A DNA stretch of 64,000 bases. Source: Verrucomicrobiota bacterium. GTDB taxonomy: Bacteria > Verrucomicrobiota > Verrucomicrobiia > Limisphaerales > AAA164-E04. Both the position numbers and the translations under genes were made by a program. Of the stretch, positions 28,701-38,140 are shown piece after piece (positions within the stretch are counted from its first letter, which is position 1; the number at the start of each line of letters is the position of its first letter). The notes under the pieces were generated by a model that saw nothing but the letters and a program-made list of their open reading frames with translations, did not search any database and was not told where the DNA came from. The DNA lies in the NCBI GenBank assembly GCA_047947115.1, contig CP170459.1:3904001-3968000 (forward strand), written 5' to 3'.

Positions 28701-29312
28701 TTGGTGGCAGGTTGGATTGTATCGGGATCAATCTCTGCCATGACGCTTCGAAACGACAATGCTTTGCAACAAATAAAAACGGCGGTGTCGGAGGAAATAT
28801 TTGCCAAACTTTTAAGCAACTTGAGAGCTCTGCCTCAACCGGATGAAAAGATTCAAGACCTCATTGACCAGCGTGTGTCCGCTTTTGACACCGCAGAGGC
28901 TAATCTGGCAAACGGCAAAACACTGTTTGAACAGGCATGCAGTGTCTGCCATCAATTCAACCGACAGGGAGCCTTGGTTGGACCCCAGCTCGACGGTGTA
29001 GGGAGCAGGGGACTCGCCCGGATCACGGAGGATATTCTTGCGCCCAGTCGCAACATGGATCACGCATTTCAGCCGACCCGTCTTATTCTCAAGGATGGTG
29101 AAATAATTTCGGGTTTGCTCAGAAGGGTCGAAGGTAATGTCCAAATCCTGGTGAACGCCGCCGGACAGGAGCTTGCGGTGGACCGATCACAGATTAATGG
29201 ACAGGAGCTTCTGACAACTTCCATTATGCCGGACAATTTCGGTGAGTTGTTCGATGAGCAATCTTTCCGCGATCTGGTCGGGTTCCTGCTGCAATCCAAG
29301 CCTGATCAATAA
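25767..29312 (+). CDS. PVC-type membrane-bound dehydrogenase / heme-binding CxxCH protein
   Basis: FQLPPGFEIELVASEP, DTDGDGKAD, WFRPVNLQLGPDGSLYIADFY propeller, HEAT repeats, CSVCH and VGPQLDGVG cytochrome domain. Confidence 0.9.
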   Translation: MNQSMRLVLPVQFTGYSLLIACASYFSTMALSAAEDPFSAGVRPTDPLTPKQEKAAFQLPPGFEIELVASEPDIAKPMNMAFDHQGRLWVTDTLEYPFPVTLDQEGRDSIKVLNDTNGDGQYDEVTTFASGLNIPIGLYPYKNGVFAWSIPNIWWIEDTDGDGKADKKERRYGPLGWERDTHGMNSSFTRGFDGWMYATHGFNNNTTIRGSDGSEIVMNSGNTYRVRLDGSRVEQHTFGQVNPFGMCLDPLGNFYTADCHSAPVYQLLRGAYYPSFGKPHDGLGFAPALMTHAHGSTAICGIVFYDDDQWPMEYRENVFIGNVMTSRLNRDILLAKGSSRQAVEMPDLVKTSDPWFRPVNLQLGPDGSLYIADFYNKIIGHYEVPLKHPERDRERGRIWKLTYKGAPGRTADGHGLLNLTTMPLAGVIEQLGHPNITRRMLATHYLADHLGETAGRRLRRMWNQGEMKQWRQRVHALWVMERLGMAGNEIVGDAVHDASMEVRTHAMHLLAERKRWSPDQDNWVVLALQDDDTNVQRAAADALSLHPSFDHIRPLLKVRETPSMDDPQWLHGMRLALRNQLNAPHAWQRVAQLRWTADEQQRLADVAQAVQHEGAADYLIRLASNMDLNETLLLNGFKHAARYASAAGLDQLGELVPVKYKSDPDLQLELFQSVRQGLQARGVELTPSIRQWGTHLAEQFLQADEEGQGVWSFRPIPKRKRTPNPWFLQTRSSADGDEASVFLCSLPPGGESYTGTMESPEFEAPGRLEFYLAGHDGYPDQPRKKKNVVRLLDVQTGQLLKQAFAPRNDTAQRVEWDLSDVHGTRVRLEIVDADRGDAYAWLAFGRLKPEIIPLPHASPKDLGQRLSVAAQLAGNLKLNHLKPMLKEWIVGNAPDSEVMIAAARAYCAMSDPNPAERLIGFLSNEEIPEGARHLIAKAITAEEGRHVSEHLVSMVSMLSLKQQQEMVNEMSTRPDAARLVAGWIVSGSISAMTLRNDNALQQIKTAVSEEIFAKLLSNLRALPQPDEKIQDLIDQRVSAFDTAEANLANGKTLFEQACSVCHQFNRQGALVGPQLDGVGSRGLARITEDILAPSRNMDHAFQPTRLILKDGEIISGLLRRVEGNVQILVNAAGQELAVDRSQINGQELLTTSIMPDNFGELFDEQSFRDLVGFLLQSKPDQ

Positions 29313-29357
29313 GACGCATCCGTCAGTCGTTAAGGACTGTCAAGGTGTGGAGGAGGT

Positions 29358-30794
29358 ATGACAAGTATGATGAAAAACATGTTTAAACGGGGTATCAGTT
29401 TATTGTTGATCGCGCAAATGGGCTGGGTCTCTTTCGCGCAAACGCTGACTGTATCCATCAAGGATTTGGGTAATCAAAACATCCGCCTGGAATGGCCTGA
29501 TATGGGCGATGGTTTTGAATACACGGTGGAATTTTCGGATGCATTGAATCCGGGGGACTGGAAACCCCTGCCCCATGGTGACGGTTGGCCGGATCGTATT
29601 CTTGGTTTGACCGATCATCTGAGTGATGGCCTGTCACAGCGGTTTTACCGGATCATCGCCACGCCCCCAATGTCTGAGGGGAATCGCGGCCGTTTGATTT
29701 CATCCGAATCCATCGCCACCGTCAGCGCGCTACAATTGAACTTCGTTCTCGCCATTGCCGGCATCGAAACCATTCAAGCAAAGCAGAGCGCACGCGTCTT
29801 CAAAGTGGTTTATGAAACCTTTGATGCTCAGGGAAACTCGGTGCAGGCATCCGGTCAGGTGTCTTTTCCTGCCGATGCAGGAAATCCTGTCCCCATGGTC
29901 AGTTACCAGCACGGCACGGTGGTCGATCGCGACGATGTGCCGTCTCGATACGCGTTGACCCGATTGGAATCGATCGTACCGGTCATCATGGCATCCAATG
30001 GCTATCTTGGTGTCGCTCCGGATTATCTTGGATTGGGTGACTCTTCCGGTTTTCATCCATATATCATCGCCAAACCATCCGCCACCTGCGTGGTTGATCT
30101 GATCCGGGCGGCCAAAGCTCTTGCAGAACAGGAATCATATACGCTGAATGACCAACTCTTTCTTTTTGGTTACTCAGAAGGAGGGTATGTCACCATGGCA
30201 GCGCACCAGGAGTTGGAGGCACTTCACGCCGAGGAATTGCCAGTCACTGCTTCGATTCCCATGGCGGGGCCTTACGATGTATCGGGTGTGCTGGTCGATA
30301 CAATGTTGAGCGATCAACCGTATTCCAACCCGTTTTATCTGATGTATGTCATTCTGGCTTATCATGAGGTATATAACCTTTTTGACGATCCTGCTGAAAT
30401 CTTTTCGGCAACCTATGCGACTCGTGTGCGGGAGTACCTTAAAGGAAGCATGACGCTGGATGAGTTGCAGAACCAAATGCCAAAAGTTCCAAAAGCCATG
30501 CTGAATACGGAATTTGTGGAGGCGTTCTCGACCGATACGAATCATCCCTTCCGGGAATTGCTGCGCCAGAATGACCTGATACAATGGGCTCCGCAGGCAC
30601 CGATGCGGCTGATTCATTGTGGTGGGGATTTAACCGTGCCCTTTGAAAATTCCCAACTGGCATACGATCATTTTACAAAATCGGGCAAGACCAACATCGA
30701 ACTGATTGATCCGTTTGCACTGGCGGACCACTCACAATGCATTCTTCCGGCATTGCAAATCGCCAAATCCTGGATGGACGAATTGAAAGAATGA
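29358..30794 (+). CDS. Secreted lipase-like alpha/beta hydrolase (LIP family)
   Basis: Signal peptide; SYQHGT, APDYLGLG, GYSEGG, MAGPYD, DLTVP and DH catalytic motifs. Confidence 0.88.
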   Translation: MTSMMKNMFKRGISLLLIAQMGWVSFAQTLTVSIKDLGNQNIRLEWPDMGDGFEYTVEFSDALNPGDWKPLPHGDGWPDRILGLTDHLSDGLSQRFYRIIATPPMSEGNRGRLISSESIATVSALQLNFVLAIAGIETIQAKQSARVFKVVYETFDAQGNSVQASGQVSFPADAGNPVPMVSYQHGTVVDRDDVPSRYALTRLESIVPVIMASNGYLGVAPDYLGLGDSSGFHPYIIAKPSATCVVDLIRAAKALAEQESYTLNDQLFLFGYSEGGYVTMAAHQELEALHAEELPVTASIPMAGPYDVSGVLVDTMLSDQPYSNPFYLMYVILAYHEVYNLFDDPAEIFSATYATRVREYLKGSMTLDELQNQMPKVPKAMLNTEFVEAFSTDTNHPFRELLRQNDLIQWAPQAPMRLIHCGGDLTVPFENSQLAYDHFTKSGKTNIELIDPFALADHSQCILPALQIAKSWMDELKE

Positions 30795-30810
30795 AATGAT
30801 GCTGGGAGAC

Positions 30811-30856
30811 AAAAAGCCAACAACACATCGTCTGGGCAGAATCCCCGGCCGATGTG
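30811..30856 (-). terminator. Probable terminator hairpin between convergent lipase and PUR genes
   Basis: cacatcg-tctggg...cccggc-cgatgtg stem; U-rich tail on the minus strand. Confidence 0.45.
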
Positions 30857-30878
30857 GGTACGTGATGTGGTGAGGCGA

Positions 30879-31154
30879 CTATTCGTCGATGCCACCTTCT
30901 TCAGGAGGCATTTCCAGATATGTTTCACACATGTTCTGAAGCACTTGTGTGAAATCTTCAAGGCCAGTAGCCGGAAGGATGATGGTGTCACGTCGACCTC
31001 CGACATCCTCAGTGATGCGCAAAAAACGACCTCTAGGATTCTCCTTGAGGGTGAAAATAAATGTCTTGCGCTCGACCTGGATTTTCTCGGTCCGTAGAGT
31101 GTCTTCGTCTACACGAGGCTTGCCACCGTAGGATGGGTTATCGTTAGAGCTCAT
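30879..31154 (-). CDS. PUR-family (PurA-like / DUF3276) ssDNA/RNA-binding protein
   Basis: LRTEKIQVERKTFIFTLKENPRGRFLRITE..RRDTIILPATGLEDF matches one PUR repeat. Confidence 0.85.
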   Translation of the reverse strand: MSSNDNPSYGGKPRVDEDTLRTEKIQVERKTFIFTLKENPRGRFLRITEDVGGRRDTIILPATGLEDFTQVLQNMCETYLEMPPEEGGIDE

Positions 31155-31227
31155 GATTTTTTCTCCCAATTATCCCGGTAAACCTGTTTGATGGGATGGG
31201 CTACTCTCATTGATGCTCAAAATTTTG

Positions 31228-31758
31228 TCAACCGCGAAATTGGTACATCCCGAGCTCCCTGTAACTGGAATGGCGTTGGGTGACAGACATCAGGTGCGAA
31301 AATGAGCCGATCACCACAAACAAATGCACAAAATGAAATCCCGTTTTCCACATCCGATAGGCCCGAGCCCCTTCTTGAAGGTCTTGTTGAGTGGCAGAAG
31401 GTCGATAGGCTCTGAGGTGTTGTTGTGTCATGGACGGAAAGATCACCCACTTGATCACCATGTTGACAACCACCAGAGTCAGCAATACGCCCATCTTCAG
31501 TTGGAAAACCGGACGTCCGGCATACCATTGCTCGGCCCAATGTTGGCCCATTGCGACCAAAGAGCAAATGGTTAACAAGGTAAGGTAACTGCCCAACAGA
31601 ACGTGCATGGAAGCTTCCGAAAATGGGTGAGGTACCAGACGCATCAATTCTTCGGACTGAAACACACCCCGAATACAAACCAGAAAAAACAGAGAAGCCC
31701 CAAACCACAAGGCGGCATTTGCGATTCCAATGATGCGCAAAAAGGGTAACACACCCAC
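31228..31758 (-). CDS. Four-TM membrane protein (DUF4149/TMEM205-like)
   Basis: ALWFGASLFF start and four hydrophobic helices. Confidence 0.6.
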   Translation of the reverse strand: MGVLPFLRIIGIANAALWFGASLFFLVCIRGVFQSEELMRLVPHPFSEASMHVLLGSYLTLLTICSLVAMGQHWAEQWYAGRPVFQLKMGVLLTLVVVNMVIKWVIFPSMTQQHLRAYRPSATQQDLQEGARAYRMWKTGFHFVHLFVVIGSFSHLMSVTQRHSSYRELGMYQFRG

Positions 31759-32007
31759 ATTCTAAGTAGCCTTGTCTGCGAACTCAAGAACCGTTTTTCA
31801 CTTATCGAGGGGTGAATTTGATCGTGTTTCAGCAGCGAATTCCAGTAGATGCGCCTTACGAGAGCAACAAGCTATTGATCTCCTCATGGTCTGCTCCAAA
31901 AGCTTTGCAGAATGGAGCCAAATGCTTATCGTTTCATGAGCCGGGAATCATCACGCGTCTCCACATTTAAAACATCACCATTGCAGTAAGGACTCAGATA
32001 GTGTTGA

Positions 32008-34701
32008 ATGTCTCAAACTCCCAGGATAATCCAGATCATGATTTCGTATGTTTGTCTCAACAGCCGGATCTACAGGTGGTTTGCAGCCTGTCTGATGTTT
32101 TTTTCGGCGCTGTCTTTTCCAATGTTTGCAGTGGAATCGGCCGTGAAGGAATCCCGCGCACTCACCTTCGAACGGGATGTGCGTCCCATTTTCAAGGCGA
32201 TGTGTTTTCATTGCCATGGCGAGGACGATATCAAGAAAGGTGATTTGGACGTCCGTCTGGTGCGTTTGTTGAAGCAGGGTGGCGAATCAGGGGAGGTCAT
32301 CTCACCCGGCGCCCCGGACAAGAGTCTTTTATGGGACCGCATCAGGACGGATGAAATGCCTGATGGTGAAAAGAAGCTGACGCAGAAGGAAAAAAACATC
32401 ATCTTTCAGTGGATTCAACAGGGCGCACAAACCGCCCGTCCGGAGCCGGAGAATGTTGAGGACGCGAGGTATACTTTTGAAGAACTCAACCATTGGTCGT
32501 TCAAGCCTGTTTCCAGACCGAACATCCCCAGATCAAACCATTCGGCAAGCGAGCATCCAATTGACGCCTTCATTCAGGAAAAACTGGAGCAAAAAGGAGT
32601 GGGTTTTTCGGTTGAAGCAGATAAACGCACCTTGATCAGGCGTTTGAGTTACGATTTGAGAGGTTTGCCACCGCTCCCTTCCGAAATAGACGCTTTCCTT
32701 GGAGATGAAAGTGCCGAAGCATGGGGGAAGCTGGTTGATCAGTATCTGGCTTCCGCTCAATTTGGTGAACGGTGGGCCCGGTATTGGCTGGACGCCGCTG
32801 GCTATGCTGAGAGTGATGGAGGCACATTGAACGATCCGGTTCGCCCATATGCGTGGCGTTTCAGAGATTACGTCGTGCAATCTTTCAATCAAAACAAACC
32901 GATCGATGAGTTTTTCATGGAACAATTGGCAGGGGATGAATTGATTGATGGAGAGATTGATATCTTCAATCCCCGGCATGAAGAACTGCTTGCCGCAACC
33001 GGGTTCCTCCAAATGGCCCCTGATGCCACCCGGACAAGCAATACCCTGATGGATCGCAACAACGCGGTGGCGGAGTCATTGAAAGTTGTCAGTTCCGCCA
33101 TGTTGGGTCTTACGGTAGGATGCGCTCAGTGTCATGATCACAAGTACGACCCTATTGGCATTGATGATTACTACCGGTTCAGAGCCTTTTTTGACCCCGC
33201 ATTTCCCTTGGAGAAGTGGCGCACCCATGATGCGAGGTTGGTGGATCTGACTCAACCCGATGTGATGGAGGAAATTGATCGGATTGAAGCCGAAGCCAAA
33301 AAACTGGAAGACGACATCAAAGCTCGACGCGAGCAGGTGGCTTTGGAAATTCAGGAGAAAAAACTGGCGGACGTACCCGAAGAATTCCGTGAATTGCTGA
33401 GAGATGCAGTCCGCCATCCTCAGAAAGAGCGAAACGACCAACAAAAGGAATTACTGGACGTTTATCCCATGGTGAAACCTACCTCCACCATCATCGGACT
33501 TCTGGTCGAATATGACGCACCCTCGTACCGAAAATTTGAAAAGGAATTCGAGAAGGTAGCCGCCATCCGAGCCGCCAAACCAGCCCGGAAAATGATCCTC
33601 GCCACGACCGAACAACCAGGCCAGATACCGGTCAGCAAGGTGTTTTTCCGGGGGAACCCAGAAAGCCCTGATAAAACAGTTCACCCCGGTGAACTGACCG
33701 CGCTCAGAATGAATGGCCTGGAAGCCAACTTCACAGCAGATGACCCGGATCTCAAAACCACCGGACGCCGACTGGCTTTTGCCCGGCATATCACCAGTGG
33801 AGAACATCCACTGACAGCTCGAGTCTTTGTGAATCGCGTCTGGATGCATCTGCTTGGAAGAGGAATCGTCACAACACCTGGAGATTTTGGAATTTCTGGC
33901 GAGCTTCCATCGCACCCTGAACTCCTCGACTGGTTGGCCAGGGATTTTATGGAACACGGATGGGATCAAAAACGATTGATCCGACAAATCCTGATTTCCA
34001 GAACCTATCGGCAGACTTCCGTGCATCGACCCGAGCTGCATCACATTGATCCTGAAAACAGCTTATTTGGCCGGGCCAACATGAAACGCCTGGATGCCGA
34101 ATCGTTACGAGACACCTTGTTGGCGGTGTCGGGACTGATGAGCACCGAACTTGGAGGGGCCAGTCTGCCGGTCACGGAAAATCCCGAAGGAAAGACCGTC
34201 ATCGGTGTGCGGAAAATCAAGGATGGATTGAAAGCCGGTGTGGATGGAGGGCAGAATGGCATGCATAGGAGAAGTATCTACGTGCAGATGCAGCGAAACA
34301 AACCTTTGAATATGTTGGCCACATTTGATTTGCCCATCATGACCCCCAATTGTGAAGTGAGGCGGCACACAACCGTGGCGACCCAGTCTCTGTGGTTGAT
34401 GAACGATGATCAGATGATAGAATGGGCGCAATCATTGGCGACCGTCATTTGTCGGGAAAGTGAGGATCTGGACTGTTGGGTCCGCAGTTTATACGAGCGA
34501 CTTTTTGCGGATGAGCCCACCGCGGTGGAAATGGAACTTTGCCAATCCTTCTTCCATGAACAGGCCGAGCATTTTCAAAAAGATCCGGATGAAACTTGGC
34601 AGAAGGCCCTGAAGGAGCATCCTGACAAAGTTCAGCAACGCGCACTTGCCGCCCTGGGACAAACACTCCTGGCCTCGAATCGATTTTTGTACATCGAATA
34701 A
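32008..34701 (+). CDS. Planctomycete-type cytochrome c with DUF1549/DUF1553 (PSD1) domains
   Basis: FERDVRPIF..CFHCH, HWSFKP, HPIDAF, GERWARYWLD, CAQCHDHKYDP, ARVFVNRVW, PSHPELLDWLA, RRSIY. Start may be slightly downstream. Confidence 0.93.
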   Translation: MSQTPRIIQIMISYVCLNSRIYRWFAACLMFFSALSFPMFAVESAVKESRALTFERDVRPIFKAMCFHCHGEDDIKKGDLDVRLVRLLKQGGESGEVISPGAPDKSLLWDRIRTDEMPDGEKKLTQKEKNIIFQWIQQGAQTARPEPENVEDARYTFEELNHWSFKPVSRPNIPRSNHSASEHPIDAFIQEKLEQKGVGFSVEADKRTLIRRLSYDLRGLPPLPSEIDAFLGDESAEAWGKLVDQYLASAQFGERWARYWLDAAGYAESDGGTLNDPVRPYAWRFRDYVVQSFNQNKPIDEFFMEQLAGDELIDGEIDIFNPRHEELLAATGFLQMAPDATRTSNTLMDRNNAVAESLKVVSSAMLGLTVGCAQCHDHKYDPIGIDDYYRFRAFFDPAFPLEKWRTHDARLVDLTQPDVMEEIDRIEAEAKKLEDDIKARREQVALEIQEKKLADVPEEFRELLRDAVRHPQKERNDQQKELLDVYPMVKPTSTIIGLLVEYDAPSYRKFEKEFEKVAAIRAAKPARKMILATTEQPGQIPVSKVFFRGNPESPDKTVHPGELTALRMNGLEANFTADDPDLKTTGRRLAFARHITSGEHPLTARVFVNRVWMHLLGRGIVTTPGDFGISGELPSHPELLDWLARDFMEHGWDQKRLIRQILISRTYRQTSVHRPELHHIDPENSLFGRANMKRLDAESLRDTLLAVSGLMSTELGGASLPVTENPEGKTVIGVRKIKDGLKAGVDGGQNGMHRRSIYVQMQRNKPLNMLATFDLPIMTPNCEVRRHTTVATQSLWLMNDDQMIEWAQSLATVICRESEDLDCWVRSLYERLFADEPTAVEMELCQSFFHEQAEHFQKDPDETWQKALKEHPDKVQQRALAALGQTLLASNRFLYIE

Positions 34702-34904
34702 AGCAGACGCCGGATGGAAGGCATCTCCAATGAGTTTCGTCGCCTGGTTCCGGTTTTATTGCAAGCCCCCGGGGGGCGATTTTGCGCGCAGTAAATTTTT
34801 TTCAAATATATGGACCGCGTGCTTGCATTCGATCTTGCTTATAGCCATTCTCCAGCGAGGTGGCGCCTTCTTTTTACACACGCCCCTTATAGATCATATT
34901 GAAC

Positions 34905-36944
34905 ATGAGCAAACCTGACGCAACACCAAAGCTTGATTTGGATTTGGAATCGGCCTTCTTGCCGGCTTGGGCACAAAAATCTGCAGAAGAAAACCCTTAC
35001 TCCAAGTACGAAGGACGAGACAGAGATTTTGATTCTGGTGACAGAAGAGGAAGACAACGCCGAGATGATTTCGGGGGGCCACCCCGTCGACGCGATAAAA
35101 ACAGTCCACAGGGCAGGGGGCGACAGGATGGAGGAGCCCGGCGCGATCAGGGAGATCGCCGTGGGCCTCGTGAAGGCGGTGCCGGCACTGCTCCTGGAAA
35201 TGGGGATCGCACACAGCAGCGCAACCGTCCCCAGGGCGCAAGAGGTCAGGGACGCAATTTTCAGGGTAAAGGAGGACCACGACGTGATCGTCCCCGTCGA
35301 AGCCGTCAGGAAATCCTGGCTTCCTTACCCCAGCTCAAGACTCAAATCATTCCCGAGGCCAAAGGCGTGGCGTTACTGGCCAGACGCATTCGCTTGCAGG
35401 GAAGAGCTTATCCATTGTTTGATATTGCCGGACTGATTCTTCAGAGTCCTGATCGATATCAGATTCGTTTTACCACCCAAAACGCGCCGAAGGACCAGCC
35501 TCAGCAAAAAATCTGGCTATGCAAGATTGACAGCACCGTGTGGCTTGATGAGTCCGAAGCGATCCAGCACATTCTCCAGAAATATCTGGAAAATTACTAT
35601 TCCTCGGAACGGACAGAGGCCGAACCGCCTAAGGGTAACTTCAGTTTTGTTGCTCAGTGTGGCATCTCAGGGATTGTGCTGGGACCCCCAAACTACCACG
35701 GATACCAGACCAAATTGCGGGAGGTTCATGGCGAACGATTTGCCCGGATGGATTTTGAACATTGGAAATCCAAAGTAAAAATCGTTCACGAAGAAGAAGT
35801 CGTTAAAAAATGGCTCGAAGAGCAGAGTTGGACCATCGAGTATGCCGATAAGGCTAACCCCGAAGCGGACAAGATCCACTCTTTGGAGGAAGTCGAATCA
35901 CATTTTCGAGAGCACCACCTTGCTGAAGCTTTGGAATGTGTGAATTCTACTCAGGTTTCAGGCGACCTTCAGAAGCAGGTTTGCAGACCGATTCGCGAAC
36001 TGATCCGATTCCATGTTGAGGATCAGAAGCGCTTTCCGTTGCAATTGGCAACCGAACTGAGCCAACAGTTTACCCGTCAAGGCCTGCAGTTTTTCAAGGT
36101 GAATAAAACCGTCACCCATGTGTCTGTTTCACGTCCACATTACTTGAACCTTGAAGCCACACCGGTATCTGAAACAGTCAAGAAAATCGTTCAGTTCATT
36201 GACGAAACACCAGACTGCACCCGCGCCAAAGTGATGGATGCCCTGGCTCCGGCTCCAGCGAAAGCTGAGACGGACATCAAAGCCACGGAGGAGGCTCCAG
36301 CCGCCATTGAGGTGCCCCCCATAGAGGAAGCGGCTCAAGCCCCCGCAATTTCCGACGGTCCTGAGACCGGTGCAGAGGCGGTTTCAGGCGAAACAGCGGC
36401 AAGTGAAGCAGCTGCCAGTGCCGAACCGGAAGTCAAGGAAAGCGAAGCAGTCAAGACTGAGCCATCCATGACTCCTCAGCAAGCAGCTGTATCGACCGAC
36501 CTTCATTGGCTGATTCACCAGGGTCATGTGATTGAGTTCTCCAACGGTAAAATGGAGACCGCTAAAAAGCCCAAGGAACAGCCTCCCAAGAAAAAGAGCA
36601 AACCCGCTGCTGAAAAGCCTGCCGCGAAAGAAACTGGAGAAGCCCAAGCTTCCACAGCCGAGGCGTCCGGAGCTGACAAAAGCTCTGAACCCACAGCGGA
36701 ATCAGTCGCTGGAGCGGCTCCTGAGCAGGAAGCCAGCGGAAGTCCCGAAACGGTTGAAGATGAGGTGAAAGCATTGTCGGAACCGGTATCCGCTGAAACT
36801 TCCACAGAAGAAGCCAAAACCGAGGAAGCAACACCCGTTGCTGCCGAAGAAGCGGCTGAAGCAGCAACGCCGGAACCGGAAAGCGCCTCCAATGTGGCAG
36901 AGCCTGAAGCTCCGTCCACCGAAGAGAAACCTTCCAATAGCTAG
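34905..36944 (+). CDS. Hypothetical protein with Arg/Gly-rich N-terminal and acidic C-terminal disordered regions
   Basis: Long ORF ending 2 bp before purM; globular-looking core (RAYPLFDIA, LGPPNYHGYQ, DLHWLIHQGHVIEF). Confidence 0.8.
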   Translation: MSKPDATPKLDLDLESAFLPAWAQKSAEENPYSKYEGRDRDFDSGDRRGRQRRDDFGGPPRRRDKNSPQGRGRQDGGARRDQGDRRGPREGGAGTAPGNGDRTQQRNRPQGARGQGRNFQGKGGPRRDRPRRSRQEILASLPQLKTQIIPEAKGVALLARRIRLQGRAYPLFDIAGLILQSPDRYQIRFTTQNAPKDQPQQKIWLCKIDSTVWLDESEAIQHILQKYLENYYSSERTEAEPPKGNFSFVAQCGISGIVLGPPNYHGYQTKLREVHGERFARMDFEHWKSKVKIVHEEEVVKKWLEEQSWTIEYADKANPEADKIHSLEEVESHFREHHLAEALECVNSTQVSGDLQKQVCRPIRELIRFHVEDQKRFPLQLATELSQQFTRQGLQFFKVNKTVTHVSVSRPHYLNLEATPVSETVKKIVQFIDETPDCTRAKVMDALAPAPAKAETDIKATEEAPAAIEVPPIEEAAQAPAISDGPETGAEAVSGETAASEAAASAEPEVKESEAVKTEPSMTPQQAAVSTDLHWLIHQGHVIEFSNGKMETAKKPKEQPPKKKSKPAAEKPAAKETGEAQASTAEASGADKSSEPTAESVAGAAPEQEASGSPETVEDEVKALSEPVSAETSTEEAKTEEATPVAAEEAAEAATPEPESASNVAEPEAPSTEEKPSNS

Positions 36945-36946
36945 AG

Positions 36947-38002
36947 ATGCCGCCAAAAAGTGCATACGCCAAAGCGGGTGTGGATATTGACCTGGGCAAC
37001 CAGGTCAAGCAGACACTACCGGAATTACTGGCATCCACGCACCGTCGCGAGGTGTTGGGAAAGGTCGGCGGATTTGGTGGTCTCTTTGCCGCAGGATTCA
37101 AGGGGTACAAAAACCCGGTTCTGGTATCCAGTGTCGACGGAGTGGGAACCAAATTGAAAGTCGCTTTCATGACCAAGCGGCACGACACCATCGGCGAGGA
37201 TTTGGTCAATCATTGCGTCAACGACATCCTTGTGTTGGGAGCTGAGCCACTTTTCTTTCTCGACTATGTTGGAGCTGGAGTTTTGAAGCCAAAAGTATTC
37301 GACTCCATCATTCGTGGTTTTGCGCGTGGGTGCAAAGCCAACGGATGTGCGCTCATCGGTGGGGAGACAGCCCAGATGCCCGGTTTCTATCAAGCGGATG
37401 AATATGATGTCAGCGGCACCATTGTCGGCGTGGTAGACAAAGGTTCGATGTTGGACGGCAAGAAAACCAAAGCCGGGGATGTGGTGATAGGGATTGCCTC
37501 CAATGGTCTTCATACCAACGGGTATTCACTGGCTCGCAACATTCTTTTTGATAAAGCCGGTTTGAAACCTTCGTCCAAGTTGGCAGATCTGGGATGCAGG
37601 GTCGGAGATGCCTTGCTGGCCGTCCACCTCAGCTATAACAAAGCGATTCAGCGATTGTTGAAACGGTTCAACGCCAAAGGTAAAACACCTGCCATTCAGG
37701 CTCTTGCACACATTACTGGCGGCGGGTTTCAGGACAATATCCCCAGAAACCTTCCAGCGAAACTGGATGTGCGGATTGAAAGGGGTTCCTGGGAAATTCC
37801 ACCTCTGTTCCAATACTTGCAGAGGGAAGGCAAGGTCAGCGAATCAGAAATGTTCCACGTCTTCAACATGGGAATCGGCATGACCCTGACGGTTCGTGCC
37901 AATCGCGCTGATGAAATTCTCAAGGCCTTGCGCCGAACCGAGCATTCTGCTTGGATCATTGGCGAGGTCGTCAAGGGAACCGGGACGGTCTCCCTGCATT
38001 AA
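36947..38002 (+). CDS. purM: Phosphoribosylformylglycinamidine cyclo-ligase (AIR synthetase)
   Basis: YAKAGVDI, GGFGGLF, DGVGTK, VNDIL..GAEPLFFLDY, GGETAQMPG, SNGLHTNGYSL, AHITGGG, FNMGIG. Confidence 0.97.
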   Translation: MPPKSAYAKAGVDIDLGNQVKQTLPELLASTHRREVLGKVGGFGGLFAAGFKGYKNPVLVSSVDGVGTKLKVAFMTKRHDTIGEDLVNHCVNDILVLGAEPLFFLDYVGAGVLKPKVFDSIIRGFARGCKANGCALIGGETAQMPGFYQADEYDVSGTIVGVVDKGSMLDGKKTKAGDVVIGIASNGLHTNGYSLARNILFDKAGLKPSSKLADLGCRVGDALLAVHLSYNKAIQRLLKRFNAKGKTPAIQALAHITGGGFQDNIPRNLPAKLDVRIERGSWEIPPLFQYLQREGKVSESEMFHVFNMGIGMTLTVRANRADEILKALRRTEHSAWIIGEVVKGTGTVSLH

Positions 38003-38067
38003 GCAGCCCCGGGATGTTCCTGCGCAGCGAACGAACTCGGACAAGGTTCTGTTTTGATGTTCTGAAT

Positions 38068-38138
38068 TCCTTCAATGCCGCAGCGGGATGGTAGCGTGTT
38101 TCGCGTTCATCCCACGCTGCGGAGGAAAAATTGAAAGG
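38068..38138. terminator. Long hairpin between convergent genes (bidirectional terminator or REP-like)
   Basis: ccgcagcg-ggatg...catcc-ca-cgctgcgg (38078-38122), flanked by ccttcaat/attgaaagg. Confidence 0.55.
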
Positions 38139-38140
38139 GT

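Noticed and set aside
31217..31708. Alternative-frame 163-aa ORF
   Set aside because: It overlaps the four-TM ORF 31228..31758 on the same strand, which has a coherent membrane-protein pattern.
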